Shown here one piece after another: positions 26,432 to 33,415 of a DNA stretch of 64,000 bases. The translations under genes were made by a program, and so were the position numbers. This DNA comes from Myxococcales bacterium (GTDB lineage: Bacteria > Desulfobacterota > Binatia > UTPRO1 > JBBIJE01). Numbering within the stretch: position 1 is the first letter of the stretch; every line of letters starts with the position of its first letter. The DNA lies in NCBI GenBank assembly GCA_037446155.1, contig JBBIJE010000008.1:94049-158048 (forward strand). Reading direction: 5' to 3'. The notes under the pieces were generated by a model. It was not told where the DNA came from, made no database searches, and worked only from the letters and a program-made list of their open reading frames with translations.

Positions 26432-28525
26432 TCAAAATCTTCTGATGACCTCCAGTGCCACCCTGTCTTCGCGACTATCGGTTGCCAGGACGGAGCGATT
26501 GAAATGATCGTAGCTGAGCGTCCATTCGAGCGCGCGAAGCTCCCCTCTGATCCGCCCCCCGAAATCGAAAAAGTCGGTATCGCCGGAGAGCGAATCGCGC
26601 CGAAGCCTAGCCCCGGCGAACGTCTCGAGCTGAAAAAGGGTGACCGGACGCCAGGTCATGTTGGCGCGAAACGTGTAGAATTCGGTTTCTCGGGTCGGGT
26701 TTTCGAAGCTAACCAACGACTGCGATCCACTCAGGCCCACCCTGAGCCGCGGTGTGAACCTGTACACCACGACTTGGTTGAAATCGAAAGATTCGAAGGT
26801 AAGGCGCTCCGAGCGGTAGTTACGATACTGGTTGAACGCCGAAGCGATCGCCGCCCCGCGCTCCCAGCGAAGCTCCACTCCGGCCGTGTCAGATTTTATG
26901 TCCTCGAGAAATCCCTGATCGTCGCCGCTCATCAGCCTTTCGTAGGTGCGCTCGTTGATGTAGAAAATATGGATCAGGCCGAAGTCGAGACCCACATTGG
27001 AGCTTACAGCGGTCGTCGAGAAACGCAACTCGGGCGGCACTTCGAAGGTATAGTCAACGAGAACCGTTTGCCCTTCCGCGATCAGCCCGAGCGGGTTGCG
27101 CTCCACCTCCAGCCTATCTCCCACCACCGTCAGGCTGTAATCGGGTCCCTCTTCGAAAATCGTCGTTCCGGTCACGTCCGTTATGACTACCGTCGCCGGA
27201 TCGACACGGCGGTTGTCGAGGAAGAACGTGCCGGCGGGACCGAAAGTGTGGCTTTCTGCGAAGACGTCGATCCTGCCTGTCGGGACCGTCTGGTCGTCGA
27301 TCCGATACGACCCTGCCACGCCGGCCAGAAAAAACCCCTGCCACGGGATGCGCTTGCGGTACGAAAGATTCGCGTTGGGGCCGTAAGAGGTGAAATCGCC
27401 TTGGGTGAAGTCCGAGCGTGTGCCGCTTAGCAAAAGGGAACTGTTTAGCGACTGATAATATTGATGGTTGACGCCGACCGAGCCTGAGTGGGTTCTGGTT
27501 TCCGAAAACTCCGATTCCAGGTTCGCGAAGCTGTACCTATAGACGGTGGCGAGGTCCCGGTGATGGGTAAGCCGCAAACCCTCGCTCGCCGTTATCGAGC
27601 GGGACGAGATACTGCCCGAGCGGTCGAAGAGACGGGCCGAGGAGTTGAGGCTGTTATTCGAGAACTCCCCAAAAAGGAGCCGATGGACCACGCTTGCGTC
27701 GTGAGCGGTAAAGCTGCTGAAGGGGTTGAGCAGGTTGTCGAAGTCGGTGAACTCGTAGCGCAGATCGGCGTCGCTTCGTTCTTTCGAATGTCGCGCCGTC
27801 AACCCGGCGATCCGCCGCCTCTCCTCGCGCTCGGAGCGTGAGCCCGCGGCCCTGAACTCCTCGTCCAATTCTTCCTCGCGGGCGTAGACCGTGGCCGGGA
27901 GCGTTCTCGATCTCATGTTGACAGTCGCCCCTTTGGATTCGATCCTGACGTCGGAGGTCCCGGCGAAGTCGCGAGATATCGTGCTGTCGTTGCGAAAAGC
28001 GAAAGCGTCGAGGCTTATTCTTCGCTCTCTCAAGAGCGTCGCCCGCGCATCGTAGCCTATGAGCGTTCCGTCGCCGCTCGGCCCTCCGGCGCTTCCGGAG
28101 TTCTCCTCTTGGAACAAGCCGAACTCCCCTGCAAGCCGAAAGGACAAGAGGTCGGGGCTGTACAGAAAACCTCGGTTGTGGATTCCCAACCTCTCGCGAG
28201 CGAGGAGCCTGCGTAAAGTTACGTCCTCGCCCGAAGCCGGTGAAACGGTTTCGTCGCTGTAATCGGCCCGGCCGATTATCCTACCCCCCCAATCTCCCAC
28301 GCTCAGCCACTGCGCTTCGGCCTTAGCGCCGCCGAGCGCCTGCAACATGGAGCACCCGAGCCCGAGGGCCACCAGCCGGAGAATGCGCCCGCCGGCTCTT
28401 GCGTGCTTCTCGATTGGGCGCCCGCGAGCGAAGGGGCTCTTGGTATCGCCCGCCGTTCCGTTGGTGCTTACCGCCGCGGCAGCCGCACGAGGTCGGAGTG
28501 CGACAAGTTCCCAGTCAGCAGCCAC
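26432..28525 (-). CDS. Outer-membrane beta-barrel protein (porin-like). The exact start is uncertain; a signal-peptide-like segment RILRLVALGLGCSMLQALGGAKA lies about 50 codons into the ORF.
   Basis: 697 aa. C-terminal ...VIRRF ends in Phe, as in Omp85/porin-type barrels. Alternating amphipathic beta-strand pattern rich in Y/F/R/D/S. Its stop is 14 bp upstream of the multihaem cytochrome start. Confidence 0.5.
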   Translation of the reverse strand: MAADWELVALRPRAAAAAVSTNGTAGDTKSPFARGRPIEKHARAGGRILRLVALGLGCSMLQALGGAKAEAQWLSVGDWGGRIIGRADYSDETVSPASGEDVTLRRLLARERLGIHNRGFLYSPDLLSFRLAGEFGLFQEENSGSAGGPSGDGTLIGYDARATLLRERRISLDAFAFRNDSTISRDFAGTSDVRIESKGATVNMRSRTLPATVYAREEELDEEFRAAGSRSEREERRRIAGLTARHSKERSDADLRYEFTDFDNLLNPFSSFTAHDASVVHRLLFGEFSNNSLNSSARLFDRSGSISSRSITASEGLRLTHHRDLATVYRYSFANLESEFSETRTHSGSVGVNHQYYQSLNSSLLLSGTRSDFTQGDFTSYGPNANLSYRKRIPWQGFFLAGVAGSYRIDDQTVPTGRIDVFAESHTFGPAGTFFLDNRRVDPATVVITDVTGTTIFEEGPDYSLTVVGDRLEVERNPLGLIAEGQTVLVDYTFEVPPELRFSTTAVSSNVGLDFGLIHIFYINERTYERLMSGDDQGFLEDIKSDTAGVELRWERGAAIASAFNQYRNYRSERLTFESFDFNQVVVYRFTPRLRVGLSGSQSLVSFENPTRETEFYTFRANMTWRPVTLFQLETFAGARLRRDSLSGDTDFFDFGGRIRGELRALEWTLSYDHFNRSVLATDSREDRVALEVIRRF

Positions 28526-28759
28526 AGGTCATGCATCCTCCACTTTCGGATCTCGGCCGACCGGCCCGACCGCGATAGCCCTGGGAACAATAACGGCAGC
28601 GCGACTCTACAGCCAGCAACCTCCCCCCACCCTCTGGTGTCCTGCAAGCCCAGACGCGAGCTTGCGCCGGCTAGACGGCATTCAGAGCCTAGCGCAAGGG
28701 GGGGAAATCTACAATAATGATTCGTGTCGCGACAATCGCGGTCGAAAGAGGGGAAAGGT

Positions 28760-29905
28760 ATGCGGATCTACGCAGACGCGGGGGGCTCGGCACTTGGTTG
28801 CGTGCAGCGAAGAGGGCTGCGGGCGGGGCTCGTTGCGGTCGCGGGCCTGGTGGCGACGGTGTTCCTTAGCGGCTGCCCTGCTCGGAAATCGGGCATGGAG
28901 CTTATACCGCTCATGTGGCCCGAGCCCCCCGAGACTCCGAGAATCCGGTTCGTCACGGCCTTCGCCAGCGAAAGGGATTTGAGGAGCGGCTTCGATGTGG
29001 GCAAGTTCCTGCAGGACGTCGTCATCGGAAAGCCGCCGCCTGTTTGGCACCTCTACGCTCCGATGGGCGTGGCGGTTTCCGATGACAAGCGGGTTTACGT
29101 TGCCGACTATGGGCAATCGATGGTTTACATATTCGACCTCAAGCGAAACCGCGTAAAAACCATCGGGGAGGACGGAGGCTTCGGTAAGCCCACGGATGTA
29201 GCGGTTGACGCCAAAGGGGAGGTGTACGTTCTCGATCAGCCGAGCAACGCGGTGGTTGTACTCGATGCCGACGGCAATTCGCTTCGGGGCATGGCGCTCG
29301 AGCACGTTATTCGCCCGACCGGGATAGCGATCGACGACCAAAGAGGGCGCATGTACGTGGCGGACTCCTCGAAAAGGGAGTCTACCGAGCACTATGTCAG
29401 GGTGTACGATAAAGAGAGCGGAGCGTTTATCCGAAACATCGGTAACGGCAGGGGATTCGAGGAGGGAAACCTCTACTTTCCCACCTTCGTTGCGGTGGAC
29501 AGCACGGGGAATATCTACGTCTCGGACACGATGAATAGCCGCGTGGTGAAATTCGACCCCGAGGGGAATTTTCTCATGACCTTCGGTAAGAGGGGGGACC
29601 AGTTCGGCGAGTTCGACAAGCCCAAGGGGGTAGCTCTCGATACCTTTGGCAACCTCTACGTGGTCGACTCGAGCTGGAGCAACGTCCAGATCTTCAATCA
29701 ACGTGGCCAGGTCCTTCTCTTCTTCGGTGGCAGAAGCCGCTACCCTGGCATGCTCGAGAACCCAACCGGGATAGACATAGACGGGAATAACACGATTTAC
29801 GTGGCCGATACCTTCAACCGCCGCGTGAACGTCTATCAACTGGTAAATACCACCGCAGGGGACAGCTTTCTCCAGTTGCCCGAGCCGAGCGGGGAGGAGA
29901 AGTGA
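28760..29905 (+). CDS. NHL-repeat six-bladed beta-propeller lipoprotein.
   Basis: Lipobox FLSGC. Repeated NHL blades P.GVAVD..G.VYVAD..N..V..FD. Start chosen at ATG 28760, which has a GAGGGGAAAGG RBS (the ORF-track start at 28724 is a GTG). Confidence 0.7.
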   Translation: MRIYADAGGSALGCVQRRGLRAGLVAVAGLVATVFLSGCPARKSGMELIPLMWPEPPETPRIRFVTAFASERDLRSGFDVGKFLQDVVIGKPPPVWHLYAPMGVAVSDDKRVYVADYGQSMVYIFDLKRNRVKTIGEDGGFGKPTDVAVDAKGEVYVLDQPSNAVVVLDADGNSLRGMALEHVIRPTGIAIDDQRGRMYVADSSKRESTEHYVRVYDKESGAFIRNIGNGRGFEEGNLYFPTFVAVDSTGNIYVSDTMNSRVVKFDPEGNFLMTFGKRGDQFGEFDKPKGVALDTFGNLYVVDSSWSNVQIFNQRGQVLLFFGGRSRYPGMLENPTGIDIDGNNTIYVADTFNRRVNVYQLVNTTAGDSFLQLPEPSGEEK

Positions 29906-30714
29906 AAGGCGCTGGGAGAGCCGCGCGCGCCGCCGTCGTTGTCGGGACGCTTATCGCCGTTGCAGCTTGTCCTCGATTCGCGGCTGGCGGGCCGGATCCT
30001 GGAACCGGCATTACCGATAGCCCCCACGACCTAACCGCGGGGCACGGAACCGCCTCGACGACCGACGAAGCCGCAAGCATTTGCGTCTTTTGTCATGCGC
30101 CTCACGGAGGGGGCGGCCAGGCGCCCGTCAGCACGAGGCTTCTCTGGAACCACAGGCTTTCCGCCCAAAGCTTTAGCTGGAGCGATCAAACCCATACGGT
30201 TGGGGGGACGGAGCTTCCGACCAACATAGGCACATGGGCGGGGCCCAGCAAGAATTGCTTGTCTTGCCATGATGGGACGGTCGCGGTTGGCGATGTTCTG
30301 CGCACCGGTTCTCCTGGGCTCCCCTCGTTTACCGTGACAGGCTCCCGCCTCGTTGACGGGAAGATCGCCGCGGGTAACCTCATCGTGGTCGAACCGGGCG
30401 GAGATTTGAGCGGAAACCACCCGGTCGGTGTGCCCTATCCTTTCGGAGGTGTGCCCAGCACTTACAACAACATCGCCACGGGGCCAGGTGTGGAGCTTTC
30501 CGAGTACGTTGCCGCGCCGGTAAACGTCAAGCTCTTCACCGACATCGGAAATGACGTGATAACCGGACCGACGACCGGGAGGACAGGGATCGAGTGCGGA
30601 AGTTGCCACGACGTTCACAACCGACGGGCCTTGGATCGCCCTCTGTTGCGAGACCTTTTCACGTCGGGGGCAGGGGCTTCGGCGCGTCTTTGCTTGGACT
30701 GCCATAATCTCTGA
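29902..30714 (+). CDS. Tetrahaem c-type cytochrome (doubled-CxxCH type), paralog A.
   Basis: Signal peptide VVVGTLIAVAA. Haem motifs CVFCHAPHG, CLSCHDGT, CGSCHDVHN and CLDCHNL. The GTG start overlaps the NHL gene stop. Confidence 0.75.
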   Translation: MKGAGRAARAAVVVGTLIAVAACPRFAAGGPDPGTGITDSPHDLTAGHGTASTTDEAASICVFCHAPHGGGGQAPVSTRLLWNHRLSAQSFSWSDQTHTVGGTELPTNIGTWAGPSKNCLSCHDGTVAVGDVLRTGSPGLPSFTVTGSRLVDGKIAAGNLIVVEPGGDLSGNHPVGVPYPFGGVPSTYNNIATGPGVELSEYVAAPVNVKLFTDIGNDVITGPTTGRTGIECGSCHDVHNRRALDRPLLRDLFTSGAGASARLCLDCHNL

Positions 30715-30822
30715 GGCTCTCCGGGCCGCGGCATTTCTCGCAGAGCTTAACTCTAGGCCCATCGTCGCGGCTCTATTGCCCACGGGAGGGGTTTTATCTC
30801 GGCATCCTGCGCAGCGACGGGC

Positions 30823-30859
30823 TGCGAGAATCTCCGCAGCCGCTGCGCGAGAATCCGCA
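30823..30859 (+). promoter_or_regulatory. Tandem 16-bp dyad elements TGCG-N8-CGCA (candidate enhancer or UAS for a sigma-54 activator).
   Basis: TGCGAGAATCTCCGCA (30823-30838) and TGCGCGAGAATCCGCA (30844-30859). Their centres are 21 bp apart, about 75-110 bp upstream of the sigma-54 promoter at 30933. Confidence 0.45.
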
Positions 30860-30932
30860 ATCCAAGGGCGCGAGTTTCGGGCGCCGAGGCGGTAACATAT
30901 GGAGAAAGCAGACGTTTTTTTATCCTGGCATG

Positions 30933-30948
30933 TGGCATGAGAGTTGCT
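30933..30948 (+). promoter_or_regulatory. Sigma-54 (-24/-12) promoter upstream of tetrahaem cytochrome paralog B.
   Basis: TGGCATgagagTTGCT has correct GG/GC spacing. It lies 60 bp upstream of the ATG at 31009. Confidence 0.55.
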
Positions 30949-31008
30949 CGAAGGGCGTGCCAGGGGCGCCGGTGGCGTGACCCAAATTTCAGGAAGAGGA
31001 GGAAAGCT

Positions 31009-31815
31009 ATGAACGTTAGAAAAGGGTGCCACGTAACAGTAGCCTTGTGCGCGGGGCTTGCGCTGGCGCTCGCTCCTAAGCTCGTGTGGGCCCAGGCCGC
31101 ACCGGGTGCGGGAATCGAAGATAGCCATCACGATTTCACAGCCGGGCACGCGACCGCCTCGACGACCGATGCCGGAGCGGGGATTTGCATCTTTTGCCAT
31201 GTACAGCACCGGCAGGGGGCTCCAGCGACTGCCAGCACGAGGCTTCTTTGGAACCACAAGCTCTCGTCGTTGAGCTACTCATGGAGCGACGTTACCAAGA
31301 CGGTCGGTGGGACGGATTTGCCGACCAACCTTGGGACTTGGGCCGGGCCTTCGAAGAACTGCCTCTCTTGCCACGACGGGACGGTCGCGGTGGGTGATGT
31401 GTACCGTACCGCCGCATTCCCCGCGACGTCGTTCACGGTCACCGGGACCCGGATCACCGATGGGAAGATCAGCGCAAGCTTTCTCCTGATCCCGAGCGCC
31501 ACTGGCGATCTCAAGGGTAACCACCCGGTCGGCGTGCCCTATCCCTTCGGCGGGGCGCAGAGCACGTACAATGGGATCACCACCGGCTCGGGCGTAGCCA
31601 CCGGTGATTACAAAGCCGATCCGCAAAACGTCCGCATCTACACCGACGTGGGCAACGATTACCAGATCGGTGGAACCACCGGGCAGGCCGGAATCGAGTG
31701 CGGAAGCTGCCACGACCCGCACAACAGGGACGTCAAGGAAGATCCGCTTCTTCGCGATTTCTTCACGCTCGGGAGCGGTTCTCCGAGCGCGATCTGCCTA
31801 GACTGCCACTTCTAG
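31009..31815 (+). CDS. Tetrahaem c-type cytochrome (doubled-CxxCH type), paralog B.
   Basis: RBS AGGAAGAGGAGGAAAGCT-ATG. Haem motifs CIFCHVQH, CLSCHDGT, CGSCHDPHN and CLDCHF. It is collinear with paralog A along its whole length, including the shared NCLSCHDGTVAVGDV block. Confidence 0.75.
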   Translation: MNVRKGCHVTVALCAGLALALAPKLVWAQAAPGAGIEDSHHDFTAGHATASTTDAGAGICIFCHVQHRQGAPATASTRLLWNHKLSSLSYSWSDVTKTVGGTDLPTNLGTWAGPSKNCLSCHDGTVAVGDVYRTAAFPATSFTVTGTRITDGKISASFLLIPSATGDLKGNHPVGVPYPFGGAQSTYNGITTGSGVATGDYKADPQNVRIYTDVGNDYQIGGTTGQAGIECGSCHDPHNRDVKEDPLLRDFFTLGSGSPSAICLDCHF

Positions 31816-31863
31816 TTGGCAGGCTGGCCGCGCGGCGCGTGCTAGCCGCTCGGCTGAGGAATG

Positions 31864-31897
31864 AACCCGGGGAGCGATAGGCTCCCCGGGTTTTTTT
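31864..31897 (+). terminator. Rho-independent terminator.
   Basis: cccggggagc-gata-ggctccccggg forms a perfect 10-bp GC stem and is followed by TTTTTTT. It lies 49 bp after the paralog B stop. Confidence 0.75.
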
Positions 31898-31973
31898 GAT
31901 TCCGCTCTCCCTGCGCGGCGGGCCCTGTGCTAACCTTTCCTAAATGAGGTGGACTTGCCGTCGGATGGGGGGG

Positions 31974-32648
31974 ATGAAGCTCATTCTCGCTCGCACTCGC
32001 AGAGTTCTTGGAGCTTGGCGGCTAACTCGCTTGCGCAGCGGATCGCTTAGACTAGTGGCGCTCGCTTCGGCCCTGCTCTTCGTTGCCTGCGAGAGCCGAA
32101 CCCGCTACCTCGTTCTTTCACGACTCGTTGACGGGATGCCGTCTTACGAGGAGTGGCTCGAATCTTCCCCTCCCAAGCCGCTTCGCCGCTATGCGCCGCG
32201 CAAGACTCGCGAGGCTTTGGCTCCCGCCCCCGTAATGCCGACCCCCGAGCCTGCGAGAAACGAGATCGAGCAGGCGAAGGCGAAAGATGAAGCCTTCGCC
32301 ATGCTCCCCAAGGACGATAGCGGTGCCGTGGATTGGGTTGCCGCGCTCCGCGAGGGCGTGATCTCGCCTAGAACCGCGATCGAAGGTGGAGGCGAGCCGC
32401 TGGAGCAGATGCCGATCGACGTGGAGATAGGAGCGGAAGACCCGGCAACGAGCGCGATCTTTCCCCATCCGGCTCATACGCAGATCATACTCTGCGACTC
32501 CTGCCATCCGGAGCCATTCCAAATGGCGGCCGGCTCGACGGAGATGTCGATGGATGCGATGTACGAAGGCCGCCTCTGCGGCCAGTGCCACGGGACGGTC
32601 GCCTTCGGCTTGGAGAGTTGCGGCCGGTGCCATCCGAACATGCGATGA
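31974..32648 (+). CDS. Trihaem c-type cytochrome lipoprotein. The start is uncertain (31944 or 31974).
   Basis: Lipobox LLFVAC. Haem motifs CDSCHPEPF, CGQCHGTVAF and CGRCHPNM are clustered in the C-terminal 60 aa. Confidence 0.6.
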   Translation: MKLILARTRRVLGAWRLTRLRSGSLRLVALASALLFVACESRTRYLVLSRLVDGMPSYEEWLESSPPKPLRRYAPRKTREALAPAPVMPTPEPARNEIEQAKAKDEAFAMLPKDDSGAVDWVAALREGVISPRTAIEGGGEPLEQMPIDVEIGAEDPATSAIFPHPAHTQIILCDSCHPEPFQMAAGSTEMSMDAMYEGRLCGQCHGTVAFGLESCGRCHPNMR

Positions 32649-32983
32649 GGACTCTGGTAGCCTACACTATGAGCCTGGCATTGGGGCTGGGCGTTTGGGC
32701 TGTCTCTGTACCCGTGGCCCAAGCTGGGCCGGGAGACATCGTATTCGAGCGCGAGAAGGCCGTGGGCGTGGACCCAGCCGTCTTCCCGCACTGGATCCAC
32801 CGAATACGCTACACTTGTAGTGTGTGCCATCCGGCGCTTTTTCAGATGAAGCGCGGCGAGGATCCGGTCACGATGAAAAGCATCGCCGCCGGCGAACACT
32901 GCGGTAAGTGCCACAATGGGCGCGTTGCTTTTCCGATCTCGCTCACGACCTGCGTGCGCTGCCACTATATCCCGGCAGACTGA
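32645..32983 (+). CDS. Trihaem periplasmic c-type cytochrome (c7/c3-like, small).
   Basis: ATGA start overlaps the upstream stop. Signal peptide MRTLVAYTMSLALGLGVWAVSVPVAQA. Haem motifs CSVCHPALF, CGKCHNGRVAF and CVRCHYIP. The CxxCHxxxxAF spacing is the same as in the upstream gene. Confidence 0.7.
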   Translation: MRTLVAYTMSLALGLGVWAVSVPVAQAGPGDIVFEREKAVGVDPAVFPHWIHRIRYTCSVCHPALFQMKRGEDPVTMKSIAAGEHCGKCHNGRVAFPISLTTCVRCHYIPAD

Positions 32984-33057
32984 CGCGGGGTGGCCGCGAG
33001 GTGGCGCCGGCGCCAGGCGGCCGTGCGCGCTGTAACTCGCCGAGTGAAATGAGTTAG

Positions 33058-33083
33058 GCTCGAGCCTCGGAAGAGGCTCGAGC
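33058..33083 (+). terminator. GC-rich stem-loop with an 11-bp stem and a GGAA loop but no U-tract; a possible terminator or stabilising hairpin after the trihaem operon.
   Basis: gctcgagcctc-ggaa-gaggctcgagc is a perfect inverted repeat. Confidence 0.35.
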
Positions 33084-33141
33084 GCCGACGGCAGCGCCTG
33101 CTTGGCCTGGCTTTCCCCTGGCTTGGGATACCCGATGGGCG

Positions 33142-33179
33142 CCAGCCCGGGCTGCGAGAAAATCCGCAACGCGCTGCGT
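33142..33179 (+). promoter_or_regulatory. Dyad element TGCG-N8-CGCA with a degenerate second copy 22 bp downstream (candidate UAS).
   Basis: TGCGAGAAAATCCGCA (33142-33157) and TGCGTGATTCCCCGCT (33164-33179). They lie about 130-165 bp upstream of the sigma-54 promoter at 33308. Confidence 0.4.
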
Positions 33180-33307
33180 GATTCCCCGCTCGACTGGGGT
33201 GGCTCTTTTCCCGCGGAATCCTCGGTTCGTCGATTGTGCGACTGGTGAGACGCACAAAATCAGGGACTTAGATCGGGAGACGGCGCTTTGTGGGCTGCGA
33301 TGCGCTT

Positions 33308-33323
33308 CGGCATGCGCCTTGCT
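33308..33323 (+). promoter_or_regulatory. Sigma-54 (-24/-12) promoter upstream of the giant multihaem cytochrome gene.
   Basis: cGGCATGcgccTTGCT has correct GG/GC spacing. It lies 93 bp upstream of the ATG at 33416 and is nearly identical to the promoter at 42973. Confidence 0.5.
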
Positions 33324-33415
33324 CGGCCTGGTAGCCAAGACGGTAGGCCCGGGGGCTTGGCGTGTGGGAGTGGAGGGGCCTCGCTAAGTCCAAGCAGAGA
33401 GGAGGAGGCAGCTTC

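Noticed and set aside
28526-28723. Search for a sigma-54 promoter or the TGCG-N8-CGCA dyad in the divergent region between the porin operon and the NHL operon.
   Set aside because: I found only imperfect candidates. TGGTGTcctgcAAGC has the wrong -12 element. The palindrome cgcgAGCTtgcg does not match the island motif. No call was made.
30031-31257. 408-aa minus-strand ORF spanning both tetrahaem cytochrome paralogs and their intergenic region.
   Set aside because: It overlaps two well-supported plus-strand genes, a sigma-54 promoter and a terminator. Its translation is low-complexity, with no motif.
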